A stretch of 64,000 nt of DNA from Desulfobacterales bacterium (GCA_963674755.2 CAXXVS010000002.1:256001-320000), one strand, 5' to 3'. Shown: positions 29,401-39,961, numbered from the stretch's first letter. The notes: generated by a model from the sequence alone, not told the origin. Numbers and translations are program-made.

Positions 29401-30314
29401 CGACCCGCACCTATTCTTCACCCGCGGCCTTCAAACAGGCGCTTGAACAGCGCCTACGCTCGGCGACAAATACGGGTGTAGAGTTCGCCCGCAAGCGGCA
29501 GCTGCTCGTGTTTGATCGCTTCCTCGCGCGTATCGTCGCCACGCTCGGTGACACCGCCACACTTAAAGGTGGGCTCGTGCTGGAGCTTCGCCTCAAGCGG
29601 GCGCGCACCACGAAGGACGTCGACCTGAGGTTGATGGACTTTCAGGGTGGCATCCTTGAGAGGTTGCAGGAAGCGGGCAGACAAGACCTCGGCGACTTCA
29701 TGACCTTCGAGGTCGGCCCGGACAACGAACACCCGGAGATTGTGAACGATGGGTTGCAGTACGATGGCCTTCGATTCCGTGCTGAGTGCCGGCTCGCCGG
29801 GAAGGTATACGGCCAGCCCTTCGGCGTTGACGTTGCGTTTGGTGATCCGATCCTTGGAGAGCCCGAGGTGGTGGTGGCGGAAGACGTGTTGGCGTTCGCC
29901 GGCATCGCGCCACCCAGACTGCGCCTGTACCCGGTTGAGTCCCACATCGCCGAAAAGCTGCATGCGTACACCATGCCCCGCAGTCGTCCCAATTCGCGGG
30001 TGAAGGATCTACCGGACATCGCCTTATTGGCCTCCGTGCGTGACATCGACAGCATGACATTGCGCACCGCCATCGAACGGACGTTCAAACACCGGGCGAC
30101 ACACCCAGTGCCAGCGTCGGCGCCCGCGCCTTCGGAAGCTTGGGCGCCTGTCTATGCTCGAATGGCAGCGAACGACAGGCTCAAGTGGCAGACACTGGAT
30201 GAGCTGACCCGGGCCGTTCAAACTTTTCTCGACCCGCTGCTCGCTGGGGAGATCGGGAAATGGGAAGCGGAGGCGTGGGCCTGGTCCGCCGTTCAGGCGA
30301 ACAATCCGAAATAA
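29397..30314 (+). CDS. abiEii: Type IV TA toxin AbiEii nucleotidyltransferase
   Basis: LKGG..L.LR...ARTTKDVD, AEKLHA, SRVKDLPD; ATGA overlap with abiEi. Confidence 0.9.
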   Translation: MTTRTYSSPAAFKQALEQRLRSATNTGVEFARKRQLLVFDRFLARIVATLGDTATLKGGLVLELRLKRARTTKDVDLRLMDFQGGILERLQEAGRQDLGDFMTFEVGPDNEHPEIVNDGLQYDGLRFRAECRLAGKVYGQPFGVDVAFGDPILGEPEVVVAEDVLAFAGIAPPRLRLYPVESHIAEKLHAYTMPRSRPNSRVKDLPDIALLASVRDIDSMTLRTAIERTFKHRATHPVPASAPAPSEAWAPVYARMAANDRLKWQTLDELTRAVQTFLDPLLAGEIGKWEAEAWAWSAVQANNPK

Positions 30315-30630
30315 TGACGAGTTGCACAGCTTGTCCAAAAAACTCTTGGAGCTTTGAGCGGGCGCCTATTTTGACGCCTATTTGATGGGCATTATGTAAG
30401 AACCCCTAAATCTCAATTTGTCCTCATCTGACAAACCGAAGTGTTAGCCTCATGGATGCACTTATCAAAGGCTTGGAGGCGCGTGGCTTTAAAGTGGGGC
30501 TGAAAGAACAATTGGTTGAAGTCCAGATCCACGGCAAATCTTTGAGATTCGGTCTCAGCGAGAACCTCGAGACCAGAAAAGGGAACCGGAAAACGACAAT
30601 CTGGAAGCCAAACAACATTTAAACAACGTA

Positions 30631-30662
30631 AAAGGGGTTACCGAAAATCGGTAACCCCTTTT
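30631..30662 (-). terminator. Hairpin/terminator downstream of the duplicated tRNA 3' end
   Basis: aaaggggttacc-gaaaatc-ggtaacccctttt. Confidence 0.7.
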
Positions 30663-30677
30663 AATTATTAAAAATTT

Positions 30678-30732
30678 ATGGTGCCGAAGGCCGGACTTGA
30701 ACCGGCACGGGCGTAGCCCACTACCCCCTCAA
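30678..30732 (-). repeat. att site: 55-bp direct repeat of the tRNA-Leu 3' half
   Basis: Identical to 53128-53182 (atggtgccgaagg...ccccctcaa). Confidence 0.95.
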
Positions 30733-31070
30733 TGTATTTATTTGTTGTGATAACAGACAAATACACACACTAAGCGACACAAATATATAGAAAATTGCGA
30801 TTAGCCGTTATGCCTTTTTTTATCTAATTTTACCTTTGTTCCCGCCATTCTGGTTGCAAAATGGTAGCAACCACACCCCCCTTCAAGACGATTACCCAAT
30901 AGTCTCATAATTCAGCCGACCTTCGTTAGTGAAAAATACAAAAACCCCTTAAACATTCCAGAGACTAAATCAAGAATGTTTGCCCGTTGATGTAGAAAAT
31001 ACAGGAACTTACATTGCCTTCAGACCCTAACCGCTCTATTTCTACTAATCCTAAATCAGGAGGCAATAAC

Positions 31071-31253
31071 ATGAAGAGATTTTTAACCGTTGACGAATTG
31101 GCAAGAGAACTCCAGGTGCCGAAAAGTTGGGTTTATTCGCGAACCCGCATTAAAGGACCTGACCAAATTCCTCATCTCCGTTGCGGAAAATATTGTCGGT
31201 TCGATTTCGAAGAAGTGCTGGCTTGGCTGCAGCAGAACCAAGGAACGGAATAA
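31071..31253 (+). CDS. Excisionase / HTH_17 DNA-binding protein
   Basis: FLTVDELARELQVPKSWVY...IPHLRCGKYCRFD.EEVLAWL; AGGAGG RBS. Confidence 0.85.
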   Translation: MKRFLTVDELARELQVPKSWVYSRTRIKGPDQIPHLRCGKYCRFDFEEVLAWLQQNQGTE

Positions 31254-31268
31254 TGAGGAGGGTAGCCA

Positions 31269-33023
31269 ATGGATAATCCAAACAACAATCACACAGGAAA
31301 GGACAAGGACAAAGGAAACGTCATCAAGTTCCCAGGCAAGGAGGCCCCGAAGCCTATGGCCGAGGAGTCTGGTGACTTCCCTCCCGAAGAGCAGCCGGCA
31401 GAGGCTCCAATGCCAGCAGAGCCGGAAACGTCCCACCAAACATTACCCGCTCCGCACCTTATCACTAAGGTCAAGGCCGAGGACCTCCTTCCCCTCGCCC
31501 TGGAGCAAGTCAAGCTGTTCCACACGGCGGACCGGGGTGTCTTTGCCGATGTCATGATGGGAGGCGTACAAAAGACCCTGATGCTCGGCACCAAGGACAC
31601 CGCAGAATGGATTGAAGAACTTTCCTACCGGGCCTTCGGGATGACTCCCAGCCGTCAGGTCTTTAAAACGGTAAACCGGCTGCTGCGAGCCAAAGCTCTC
31701 TTCGAGGGACCCGAGCGGTCGGTCCATCTCAGATACGCCGCTCACGGTGGATGCATCTACATCGACCTTGCAAATGAACAGTGGGAGCAGGTCGAGATTT
31801 CCGAGGCCGGCAGGCGAATCATTTCCGCCCACGAATCCCCGGTGCGGTTCCGCAGAGAGCAGGGCATGGCGGCCATGTGCTATCCCGCCGAGAATGGGAG
31901 CTTCGAACCCCTGCGGAGCATCCTCAACCTGGACAGCGAAGCCGATTTCATCCTGATGGTCAGCTGGCTCATCGGGGCCATGAACCCCAAGGGACCTTTC
32001 CCGATAATGGTTCTGGTCGGAGAACAGGGCTCCTCGAAAAGCACCACCGCCAAGATGCTAAAGGGTCTCACCGACCCCGCAACAATCGGCTTAGTGGCCC
32101 TGCCCAAATGCGAACGGGACCTTGCCATCGCAGCCCAGCGAACCTGGACGCTGCCCTACGACAACCTGTCCAAGATAACGGACGGCATGTCGGACGCCTT
32201 TTGCAGGCTGGCCACAGGGGGCGGATTCAGGACCCGGACGCTTTACACCAACGAAGATGAAATGATGTTCAGTTCGGTGCGGCCGCTCATCATGAACGGC
32301 ATCTCCGACTTCGTAACCCGCCAGGACCTGGCGGACCGGTCAATCCTCATCAACCTGCCGTCCATCCCGGAGCATAGGCGTCTGCCGGAAAAGGCCCTGT
32401 ACGAACGCTGGCGGGAAGCACGGCCCCTGATATTCGGGGCCATCTGTGACGCCCTGTCCACGTCGCTTCGCAATCTCCCCCATGTACAGCTGCCGACCTA
32501 CCCCCGAATGGCGGACTTCGCCCAACTCATCGTCGCGGCCGAGCCGGTCCTGCCCTGGAAAAGCGGAGCCTTCCTGCAGGCCTACTTCGAGAACCGGGAA
32601 AAGATGATTGACGTCGCCCTTGAGGCCGACGAGGTCGCCACCGCCGTGATCGCCCTGGTCGAGCAAACCGTTAGCGGCGAATGGATGGGGACCGCAACGG
32701 AGCTCAGGGACGCCCTCGACACCGTCGTGGATGAACGGACCCGCCGACTCCGCTCCTGGCCCAAGTGGCCCAACATGGTGTCCAACCGCGTGCGGCGGTG
32801 TGCAACCTTCCTGCGGTCCAAGGGCATTCACTACGAGCGGGGGAAGTCCGGCAACCGCTACATCGTGCTTCGAAAGATGGACGATGGGACCGCCCAGACC
32901 GTCCCAACCGTCCGTCCTGAGCCTAAACCACCACTGACAGAGGCAGCTGATCCAGTCGACACGGGCATCAGCATCCCAGTAACCGACAACGAAGACGATG
33001 ACTTCGAGGAGGGCGAAATTTGA
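31269..33023 (+). CDS. Replication ATPase/helicase-like protein (MGE primase-helicase C-terminal type)
   Basis: GEQGSSKST Walker A, YDN Walker B-like, LATGGGF.TRTLY, MNGI, DLADRS. Confidence 0.75.
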   Translation: MDNPNNNHTGKDKDKGNVIKFPGKEAPKPMAEESGDFPPEEQPAEAPMPAEPETSHQTLPAPHLITKVKAEDLLPLALEQVKLFHTADRGVFADVMMGGVQKTLMLGTKDTAEWIEELSYRAFGMTPSRQVFKTVNRLLRAKALFEGPERSVHLRYAAHGGCIYIDLANEQWEQVEISEAGRRIISAHESPVRFRREQGMAAMCYPAENGSFEPLRSILNLDSEADFILMVSWLIGAMNPKGPFPIMVLVGEQGSSKSTTAKMLKGLTDPATIGLVALPKCERDLAIAAQRTWTLPYDNLSKITDGMSDAFCRLATGGGFRTRTLYTNEDEMMFSSVRPLIMNGISDFVTRQDLADRSILINLPSIPEHRRLPEKALYERWREARPLIFGAICDALSTSLRNLPHVQLPTYPRMADFAQLIVAAEPVLPWKSGAFLQAYFENREKMIDVALEADEVATAVIALVEQTVSGEWMGTATELRDALDTVVDERTRRLRSWPKWPNMVSNRVRRCATFLRSKGIHYERGKSGNRYIVLRKMDDGTAQTVPTVRPEPKPPLTEAADPVDTGISIPVTDNEDDDFEEGEI

Positions 33024-34894
33024 TGGAAACGAAAAACCTGATAGAGGACTTGAAAGCCAGGGGCATCCATCTGTACCGCGAAGGCGATAATCTCAAGTGG
33101 CGGGCTCAGAAAGGAGCGATAACCAACGACCTGATAGCCTCGATGAAAAAGCACAAGCAGGAATTGCTGACGCTGTTGAACGCTTCGGAAACACAACCAG
33201 CGGAAGTCGCCAAAGGATGGAAAGCAAGATTCGCGGACAGCCGCCTCCAGTTCATCCGGGGGGATTTCTACCCCTGGTGTGCGGCGAATCTCAAAGCGGA
33301 TAGTGTCGATCTCATTCTCACCGACCCGCCATACCCCAAGAAATACCGCTACATCTGGGATCAATTGGGCGAAGTGGCGGCCCGAGTCCTGAAGCCAGGA
33401 GGGATTCTGGCGACCTATTCGGGCCTCTACCACTTGCCTTACGTGCTCGACGCCTTGGGTAAGCATCTGACTTACTGTTGGACGATAGCCCTTCGGCACG
33501 GCGGTAAAACGCAGTTGGTCTTTGCCAGGAATGTCATCAGCACCTATAAGCCGATCCTTGTCTACCAGAAGGGTAGCCGTAAAAAATTCGAAAATGCCAT
33601 AACAGACACGATCACCAATGACCGTAAGGATAAAAAATATCACAAGTGGGGTCAGGGAGAAGATGGGGTCAAAAAGCTGATGGAGATGTTTTCCAATCCC
33701 GGTGATTTGGTCTTGGACCCATTTGCCGGGGGCGGAACTACTCTTGCCGTGGCAAGTGCCATAGGCCGCAGGTGCATCGGCATCGAAATCGCTGATAACC
33801 ATTATGACATAGCCAATAAAAGAGTACGGAACCAGGTGCTTCTATCTCACCGAGAAGGAGCGATAACGAACAACCCCAAGACGAAACCTAAAGTGGTGGC
33901 AAAAAACAGAAGATCCGAAATCGATACGAAGGGAAGGGGCTCAGCCATCATCAAGGACGATAGCGGTGTCGAGCATAAAGCCACAACCTCTCTAATCATC
34001 TCTGCCAGCCGCAAGACGGATATCCCTGCCCATTTCACCAAAAACTTCATGGATCGGCTTCGGCGAGGGTACCTGAAGGTGACCTTCCCGAAGACACGGT
34101 ACATTTCCTTCGAGGATACCCGCCTGATTGTTTTCTGGACCAAAAACCCGCAGCCGCTGCTTGGATACCTGGATGAAATTGATGCTATGAGGATAAACTA
34201 CTATTTCCAATTCACCCTTGACGACTACGAAGACGAAGGATTGGAGCCGAATCTCCCGTCCCTTCGAAAACGAATTGAAACCTTTAGAGCTCTTTCGGAA
34301 AAGGTTGGCAAAGAAAGGACTATATGGCGGTTTGACCCTTTGATTTTAACCGACACGATATCGCCCGCTAAAATAATCCGGAAAGCCGGTCGGTTAATGA
34401 AACGTCTTCATCCCTACACCGAGAAACTCGTGATCAGCTTCCTTAAGGCCAGCAAACATAAGAAAGTCGAAAGGAGCCTTACCAAGGCGGGGATTAGATA
34501 CAGGGACTTTTCGGCAGGTGAGATAGCATATATCGCCGACGAATTGGGGCGAATGGGCAAACAACATGGCGTTCAAGTGATGGCCTGCTCAGAAAGTATG
34601 GATCTGGCCCAATATGGAATCGGCCGCAACAAGTGTATTGATGACGCCTTGGTTCGGAAGCTGTTTGGCCATGACAAGGATCTCATGGCCTTCGCCAACT
34701 GCGGGAAAATCCGAAAGGATACGGGGCAGCGTCCGTTGTGTGGGTGTATTCCGAGTCTGGATATTGGAACCTATGACACATGCCGGCACTTCTGCACTTA
34801 CTGCTACGCGAATCATTCGGAAATCGCCGTTGAAAACAAAATCAATCGGATTTCCGGTGAAGATGATTTGCTGGTGCCTGACGCAATGGATTAG
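33020..34894 (+). CDS. Fusion: TubC_N-like domain + N6A/N4C DNA methyltransferase + DUF1848 (Fe-S/radical SAM-related)
   Basis: LKARGIHLYREGDNLKWRA.KG; DLILTDPPY ... VLDPFAGGGTT; IISASRKTDIPA, VFWTKNP, WRFDP, DIGTYDTCRHFCTYCYAN. Confidence 0.8.
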   Translation: MMETKNLIEDLKARGIHLYREGDNLKWRAQKGAITNDLIASMKKHKQELLTLLNASETQPAEVAKGWKARFADSRLQFIRGDFYPWCAANLKADSVDLILTDPPYPKKYRYIWDQLGEVAARVLKPGGILATYSGLYHLPYVLDALGKHLTYCWTIALRHGGKTQLVFARNVISTYKPILVYQKGSRKKFENAITDTITNDRKDKKYHKWGQGEDGVKKLMEMFSNPGDLVLDPFAGGGTTLAVASAIGRRCIGIEIADNHYDIANKRVRNQVLLSHREGAITNNPKTKPKVVAKNRRSEIDTKGRGSAIIKDDSGVEHKATTSLIISASRKTDIPAHFTKNFMDRLRRGYLKVTFPKTRYISFEDTRLIVFWTKNPQPLLGYLDEIDAMRINYYFQFTLDDYEDEGLEPNLPSLRKRIETFRALSEKVGKERTIWRFDPLILTDTISPAKIIRKAGRLMKRLHPYTEKLVISFLKASKHKKVERSLTKAGIRYRDFSAGEIAYIADELGRMGKQHGVQVMACSESMDLAQYGIGRNKCIDDALVRKLFGHDKDLMAFANCGKIRKDTGQRPLCGCIPSLDIGTYDTCRHFCTYCYANHSEIAVENKINRISGEDDLLVPDAMD

Positions 34895-34921
34895 GCCCGT
34901 GTCGGCTTGAAACAGGAGCAG

Positions 34922-35651
34922 ATGGATATGACCACCTACCAAGACCTAAAATCAGCCGATTACCTGCAAGGCATCCTTGCCTTTGCCGAACGGCTGCTAA
35001 AGCTGAAATTCGCGAGATGGGGCGACGGGAAGTATGCCGCCCACTGCCCCTTCCACGCCGATACCAAAGACAGCTTCAGGGTCTATGTGAACGACAAGGG
35101 GGAAGTATGCTTCCACTGTTTTGGGGCCTGTCGGGCGGAATGGGATATCTATGACCTGATTATGCTCAGATTTAAATGCCCTTTCCGTGATGCCCACTGC
35201 GGCTGAACTTGGTGTAAAGGATTTCCAGCCATACCAAAGCGGTTACGAGGAAGCATCTGAACCGGAGGAACCTGATGACCCGGTGTCATTCCTGCCACCG
35301 CCACCCATGGACGAAAATGTCCGCGAAGCCCTCTCGGATGCAGCGGATTTTTACAATCACATTTTGCAACAGAACGCAGACCGGTTTCCTAAGGTGATGG
35401 GATACCTTGGCCGGCGTGGCATCAGGACCGAAATTATTGACCGCTTTCAGATCGGTTATGCCCCGGCATTGGGAGACAAGCATTACGCGGGACGAGCCCT
35501 AAAGGAAACCGACGCAACCATTGCCGGCTGGCTATCGACCTCCCGTCAGACCATCAGTAAGTACAAGACCTACCTGCATAGACTGGGTTACTTGAATATT
35601 GATACCAGTACCAGGGTCCAGAAGCTTTCCGTTCAGTTCTCCCCCAAGTAA
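34922..35651 (+). pseudogene. Degenerate CHC2 zinc-finger/DnaG-like primase (frameshifted, internally deleted)
   Basis: CPFHAD..SF.V...FHCFGAC; second frame AADFYN..L...YLGRRGI..EIIDRFQIGYAP, then no Toprim domain. Confidence 0.7.
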
Positions 35652-36081
35652 TCCGTCCCTATCACCATACCTCAGCATACCGTCCCACCGGTAAAGCCCG
35701 TGCACCGGCATTCTTTATAGGGGAAATATTAGGGTAAAAATGGCTTGTATTGATTATGATGCCAGTTAGATAGAGCGATCTTTGACGAATTTTTCTGTAA
35801 ACTGCGAAATGTTTTCAGGGTCAATTTAGACGGTCTGGACGATTTGGACGATGAATTGATAGACGTCAATTTCCCTTGCCACAGTCATTGAAACCACAGA
35901 GATTTCGAGTATAGTCTCTAATAGTTTTCAATAAAATACCGATAACCTGCAAAAGAATCGTTAGGAGTTGTTTTATTCTCGGCAGGAGATGCTTCTTGCA
36001 TCGTGAGATATTGAACGCAGTCGAATTTCTTGAAATCACCTGGACAAAGTTTGGAAAATTATTGTTGTGAGAGGAGGCAAA

Positions 36082-36396
36082 ATGTCTCGAAGCAAAGTAA
36101 TCACCTCAGTTTTAGTTATTTTTGTAGTTGCTGTTGTTGGATTCTTAGGTTTTGATTGGTACGCCATTAATAAAAAGATGAATGAGAATCCGTATGTAGA
36201 GCAAATGTATTCCTGGACTGATGAAAATGGCGAGGAACATTTCACCAATACCCAACCGCCGCTTGGAGCAAAAAATGTAGTTCTAATGGAGGGGTCCGCT
36301 TATGTTCGGCCTCCAATGGTAATTATCCTTAAGAACAAGGCTATAGCGATATTCGAAAATGGCCAGAATCTTTGGAGTAACTATTTTGGTGATTAA
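36082..36396 (+). CDS. Membrane-anchored DUF4124-like protein
   Basis: N-terminal TM, then MYSWTDENGEEHFTNTQPP. Confidence 0.7.
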   Translation: MSRSKVITSVLVIFVVAVVGFLGFDWYAINKKMNENPYVEQMYSWTDENGEEHFTNTQPPLGAKNVVLMEGSAYVRPPMVIILKNKAIAIFENGQNLWSNYFGD

Positions 36397-36417
36397 GAAA
36401 TCCTAAACGTTTTAGGT

Positions 36418-36723
36418 GTGCTTGCGGTGCTGGGTGGTGCCAATAACTACCATGAGCTTGAAGTTGCCGGCGACGTCCTGATCGCTGCAGAGCAATCCTT
36501 GTCCAAGAATTTCGGCCAGCATGCATCTGTTAGCCTTGGAGGCTTCGATGCTCACGGACTCATTGAAAGGGAAAAGTGGTCCTCTATAGCCGGCATAGCT
36601 GTCGGCATCCTGCTCGCGATTATCGGCACCATGATGCTCAGGAGCACTACCCCACAGATCGTCTATTCATATGATCGTGATATTGAGGAAGAGCCGCTGG
36701 AGGAGCGGAGGTTCAGGCTCTGA
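36418..36723 (+). CDS. Hypothetical membrane protein
   Basis: ORF with one hydrophobic segment; start uncertain. Confidence 0.45.
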   Translation: MLAVLGGANNYHELEVAGDVLIAAEQSLSKNFGQHASVSLGGFDAHGLIEREKWSSIAGIAVGILLAIIGTMMLRSTTPQIVYSYDRDIEEEPLEERRFRL

Positions 36724-37069
36724 CCAATCTTTCTGTGCTGAAAATTTCCAAGCCGGCGGTGAAAAATCGTTAGATCCGCCAGAGTGAGTGTAACAGGCAC
36801 CCACTCTACTGTAATTACAGTCTGCCCGAAAAAGTGTCACAAAACGCCTAAAAGTGTAAAACAAAAGTAATTACAGGGGGATAGATATTGCACTTTGAGA
36901 GGTGAAGTGACCGCGATACGTTGCGGCGACTGTGACTGGAAATAGGGTGAAACACATCGGAAACCTACCTGAAATACCCCAAAAATCAAGCAATACAGGA
37001 GCCCGATCATCGAAAGGTGGCCGGGCTTTTTGCTTTTAGGAATCAATAGCAACAGGAAAGAAGCAAGCC

Positions 37070-37198
37070 ATGATGAAGGTCAATTTGAGCGGTGATTACG
37101 AGGGAAAGTACAGGATTTCGGTGAGCGAGTGGGTGTTGGGCATCCTGAACTTGGTGCTGCTGGCGGCATTGGTGCTGTATCAACAATTTTCAGATTAA
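37070..37198 (+). CDS. 42-aa single-TM peptide, paralog 1
   Basis: MMKVNLSGDYEGKYRISVSEWVLGILNLVLLAALVLYQQFSD; homologous to 38485-38613. Confidence 0.65.
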   Translation: MMKVNLSGDYEGKYRISVSEWVLGILNLVLLAALVLYQQFSD

Positions 37199-37483
37199 AA
37201 TCAGCCAGAACCAGATTCCCCATATCCAACCATCCAGTATCATTGACATTCAATTCTTATATGGTGTAATTCTCGTAATCTCATCCATCGATCGGGCTTT
37301 TCTGTCAGGCATAGCGATCAGTCGTATCCCATCATCAGACGTCAACCTTTTGCGGATGTGTAACGGCTTAAATTCGAAATCACCAACAGAACCTACATGG
37401 TAAACTGAAGACACCATAGTAGACTTTGTCACATTTGAAACATATTGGAGTAAATCGATAATATAACCAAGGAGGCCAAAAGA

Positions 37484-37843
37484 ATGAGAAAAACAGCTAT
37501 TTTAACGCTACTTGCAGGATCAATGTTAATGGTTTTTTTTATTACTTCTGCTTTTGGAGCTACAACTCGAGTCATCGAGAATGAAAAACAAAAAAGATAT
37601 ACTTCCCAAAAAATGCCCCCAACATCTTTGGTCCAAAAAAACTTTGAAATGATGAAAAATAGTGGTGTTTATACCAAAAATATCAAGGTTTTTGGCCTAT
37701 CACCAGACAATGAAAATTATGCATTAATTATAGCATCCGGTGGAAAATGGGATGAATACTACTACGTTAGACGTACTACGGATGATTTTTGGGTAATTAG
37801 GGTTGGAAGTAGTACATTGTTCTGGGTTATTGTTGACAACTAA
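37484..37843 (+). CDS. Secreted hypothetical protein
   Basis: AGGAGG RBS, signal peptide MRKTAILTLL...SAFG. Confidence 0.7.
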   Translation: MRKTAILTLLAGSMLMVFFITSAFGATTRVIENEKQKRYTSQKMPPTSLVQKNFEMMKNSGVYTKNIKVFGLSPDNENYALIIASGGKWDEYYYVRRTTDDFWVIRVGSSTLFWVIVDN

Positions 37844-38033
37844 TTATTCTAAATTTTTACCGAAAGGCAGGTTAATGGGCACGAATTGAATAGTGGATTC
37901 CATTGTAGCAGATCGTCTTTTTCTGAGTTCTGTTTCTTTAGGTCCCGTAGCTTCAAATTTACATGGCAAATTTTATATAAGTGAACAGCCTATCAGAATA
38001 TGGCTCTCTGGCCGCCCATTTTTGATCAACATC

Positions 38034-38283
38034 CAACGTGCCCTTGAATCAGCCTGTCATGATCCTTGCTACGCTTCTGACATAATCCAAAGTTGATTGA
38101 TCTGACAGAGCTAATAGTAGCGGTGGCATTAGCAACATTATGATACTTTTACCCGCCGGCCGAAAATTTACAGATATGGCTGGACGCACCATCCAATAAT
38201 CCCGCGTATATAATCAGAGCAAGGATCACACCAAGCTTCTCATGTGTCCATCCTCAGCACTTTACCAATGATGCCATAACGGC
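38034..38283. repeat. Long rod-hairpin non-coding repeat, copy A (with ~70-bp insertion)
   Basis: tgatccttgct/agcaaggatca arms; colinear with 42115-42293. Confidence 0.75.
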
Positions 38284-38484
38284 CCCCTCCTGGCTGAACA
38301 CCGCACACTATTCTATCGATCACTATGTGTCGAGGGAGCCCGTTGCATTGAACCAACTAAAAATGAACACCCTACTCTATAGAATATCAATAGGGTAGCC
38401 TGTCCAAATTTTGAAGCCCGATCATCGAAAGGTGGTCGGGCTTTTTGTGTTCTGAAATCAATAGCAACAAGAAAGGAGCAAGCC

Positions 38485-38613
38485 ATGATGAAGGTTAATT
38501 TGATTGGAGGCTACTATAGTAAGTATAGGATTTCGATGATCGAGTGGTTCCTAATCGTCCTGAATCTTGTGCTACTGGTGCTGGCATTGTTTTGCAAATT
38601 CTGCAATAATTAA
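38485..38613 (+). CDS. 42-aa single-TM peptide, paralog 2
   Basis: MMKVNLIGGYYSKYRISMIEWFLIVLNLVLLVLALFCKFCNN after AAGGAG RBS. Confidence 0.65.
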   Translation: MMKVNLIGGYYSKYRISMIEWFLIVLNLVLLVLALFCKFCNN

Positions 38614-38693
38614 AGCAAGATTTGTTAATAGTTGTTGTTTATAGATTGGGATACGATTTCGAAGCGTTGAATTCTTAATGAGGACATGAACTT

Positions 38694-39482
38694 ATGGCTG
38701 ACAAATTGCCTCAGGCAATCTACGGCGACGAATCAGGATTCACAGGCAATAATTTATTGAACAAAACACAACCTTTTTTTTCATATGCTACAGTAGCAGG
38801 AGAAAAGGAAGAATTTAAGGACTTTGTCTCAAAGATAATTGCCGATTACAATGTCCAAGGAGGTGAACTAAAATCAAGCAAGTTGCTTAAATATAATAAG
38901 GGGCGAAAAGCAATTACAGAAATTCTAAAAAAATTTTCAAATGATGCACTCGTCTCGATATTTCATAAAAAATATTCTTTAGCCTCGAAATTTTTTGAAT
39001 ATATATTTGAACCACCCTTAGCCGAAAAAAACTCGTTATTTTATCGTATCAATTTTCATAGATTTATTGCAAATATTCTTTACGTCTGGTTTTCTGCAAA
39101 CGTGGCATACGCAGAAGATATTTTCGAAGAGTTTGAATCTGCAATGAGGTCTCTTGATGATAAAGAATTTAATGTCCTGACAACTGATATTGCGTTGCCA
39201 GATGTTGATCCAATAATTGAAGAAATAAGAACTTTCGCAAAACTAAATAAGCCTATAATCAAAGAGGAGTTAGAATCATTAAAAAATATCGGATCTGCCA
39301 AATGGATTTTAGAGTTATCTGATACGGCTCTATTTCATCAACTTGCTGAATGGGGTCAAAAATTTGAACAAATAGAGGTGTTTTGCGATGCTTCCAAGCC
39401 GATTGACAGTATGAAAGAAGTTTTAAATGTGATGATTGATAGAAAAGATAAAAAGTTTATCGATGCATTTGGCTATCCATGA
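38694..39482 (+). CDS. DUF3800-like protein, probably C-terminally truncated
   Basis: IYGDESG.TG.NL...QPFF, ELKSS motif; no terminal QxAD motif. Confidence 0.65.
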   Translation: MADKLPQAIYGDESGFTGNNLLNKTQPFFSYATVAGEKEEFKDFVSKIIADYNVQGGELKSSKLLKYNKGRKAITEILKKFSNDALVSIFHKKYSLASKFFEYIFEPPLAEKNSLFYRINFHRFIANILYVWFSANVAYAEDIFEEFESAMRSLDDKEFNVLTTDIALPDVDPIIEEIRTFAKLNKPIIKEELESLKNIGSAKWILELSDTALFHQLAEWGQKFEQIEVFCDASKPIDSMKEVLNVMIDRKDKKFIDAFGYP

Positions 39483-39583
39483 GGAGCTGCACCAGAGCCT
39501 CCATATAGACCTCATTGGCCATCAGGAGCTCTTTGAAGCTAACCAGTTCGTCGTCGTTTAGTTTTGTTGCCATTGTGTTCCTG

Positions 39584-39961
39584 TTAGTCATCTTTAGATA
39601 TTTTATCTATAAGATCTTTGGCACCGTCAACTTTCCATTCTCGTTCGATTAAGTTTTTGGTATATTCTTTACCATACATAGCTACCATTTCTTTCAATAT
39701 CATTGTCGCCTTCTCAAGTATCTCGTCCTTTCGAAGACCTTGATGCAAATGGTATATTTGAGCTTGTTCTTTAGATATGATGCCATTACGAATTAGAGCG
39801 TCCTCATCAGTCTCTTCCTCATCTCTGAACTCATCAAATGGTCTCTGCATCTTCCTCGGAGCTGGAGAAACAAAGTAACCAGTACCGTCCTCCAGCTCCT
39901 CGATCAGTATCCAGCCTTTACCTGTATCTTTATGGATGTACACGTCCATTTTATATTCCAC
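39584..39961 (-). CDS. Hypothetical protein
   Basis: 125-aa ORF with protein-like composition. Confidence 0.55.
   Translation of the reverse strand: MEYKMDVYIHKDTGKGWILIEELEDGTGYFVSPAPRKMQRPFDEFRDEEETDEDALIRNGIISKEQAQIYHLHQGLRKDEILEKATMILKEMVAMYGKEYTKNLIEREWKVDGAKDLIDKISKDD

Noticed and set aside
30420..30622. Plus-strand gene fragment (MDALIKGLEARGFKV...)
   Set aside because: Short remnant without a convincing start or assignable function
30678..30732. Second functional tRNA-Leu
   Set aside because: Only the 3' half up to the anticodon loop; it is the att duplicate
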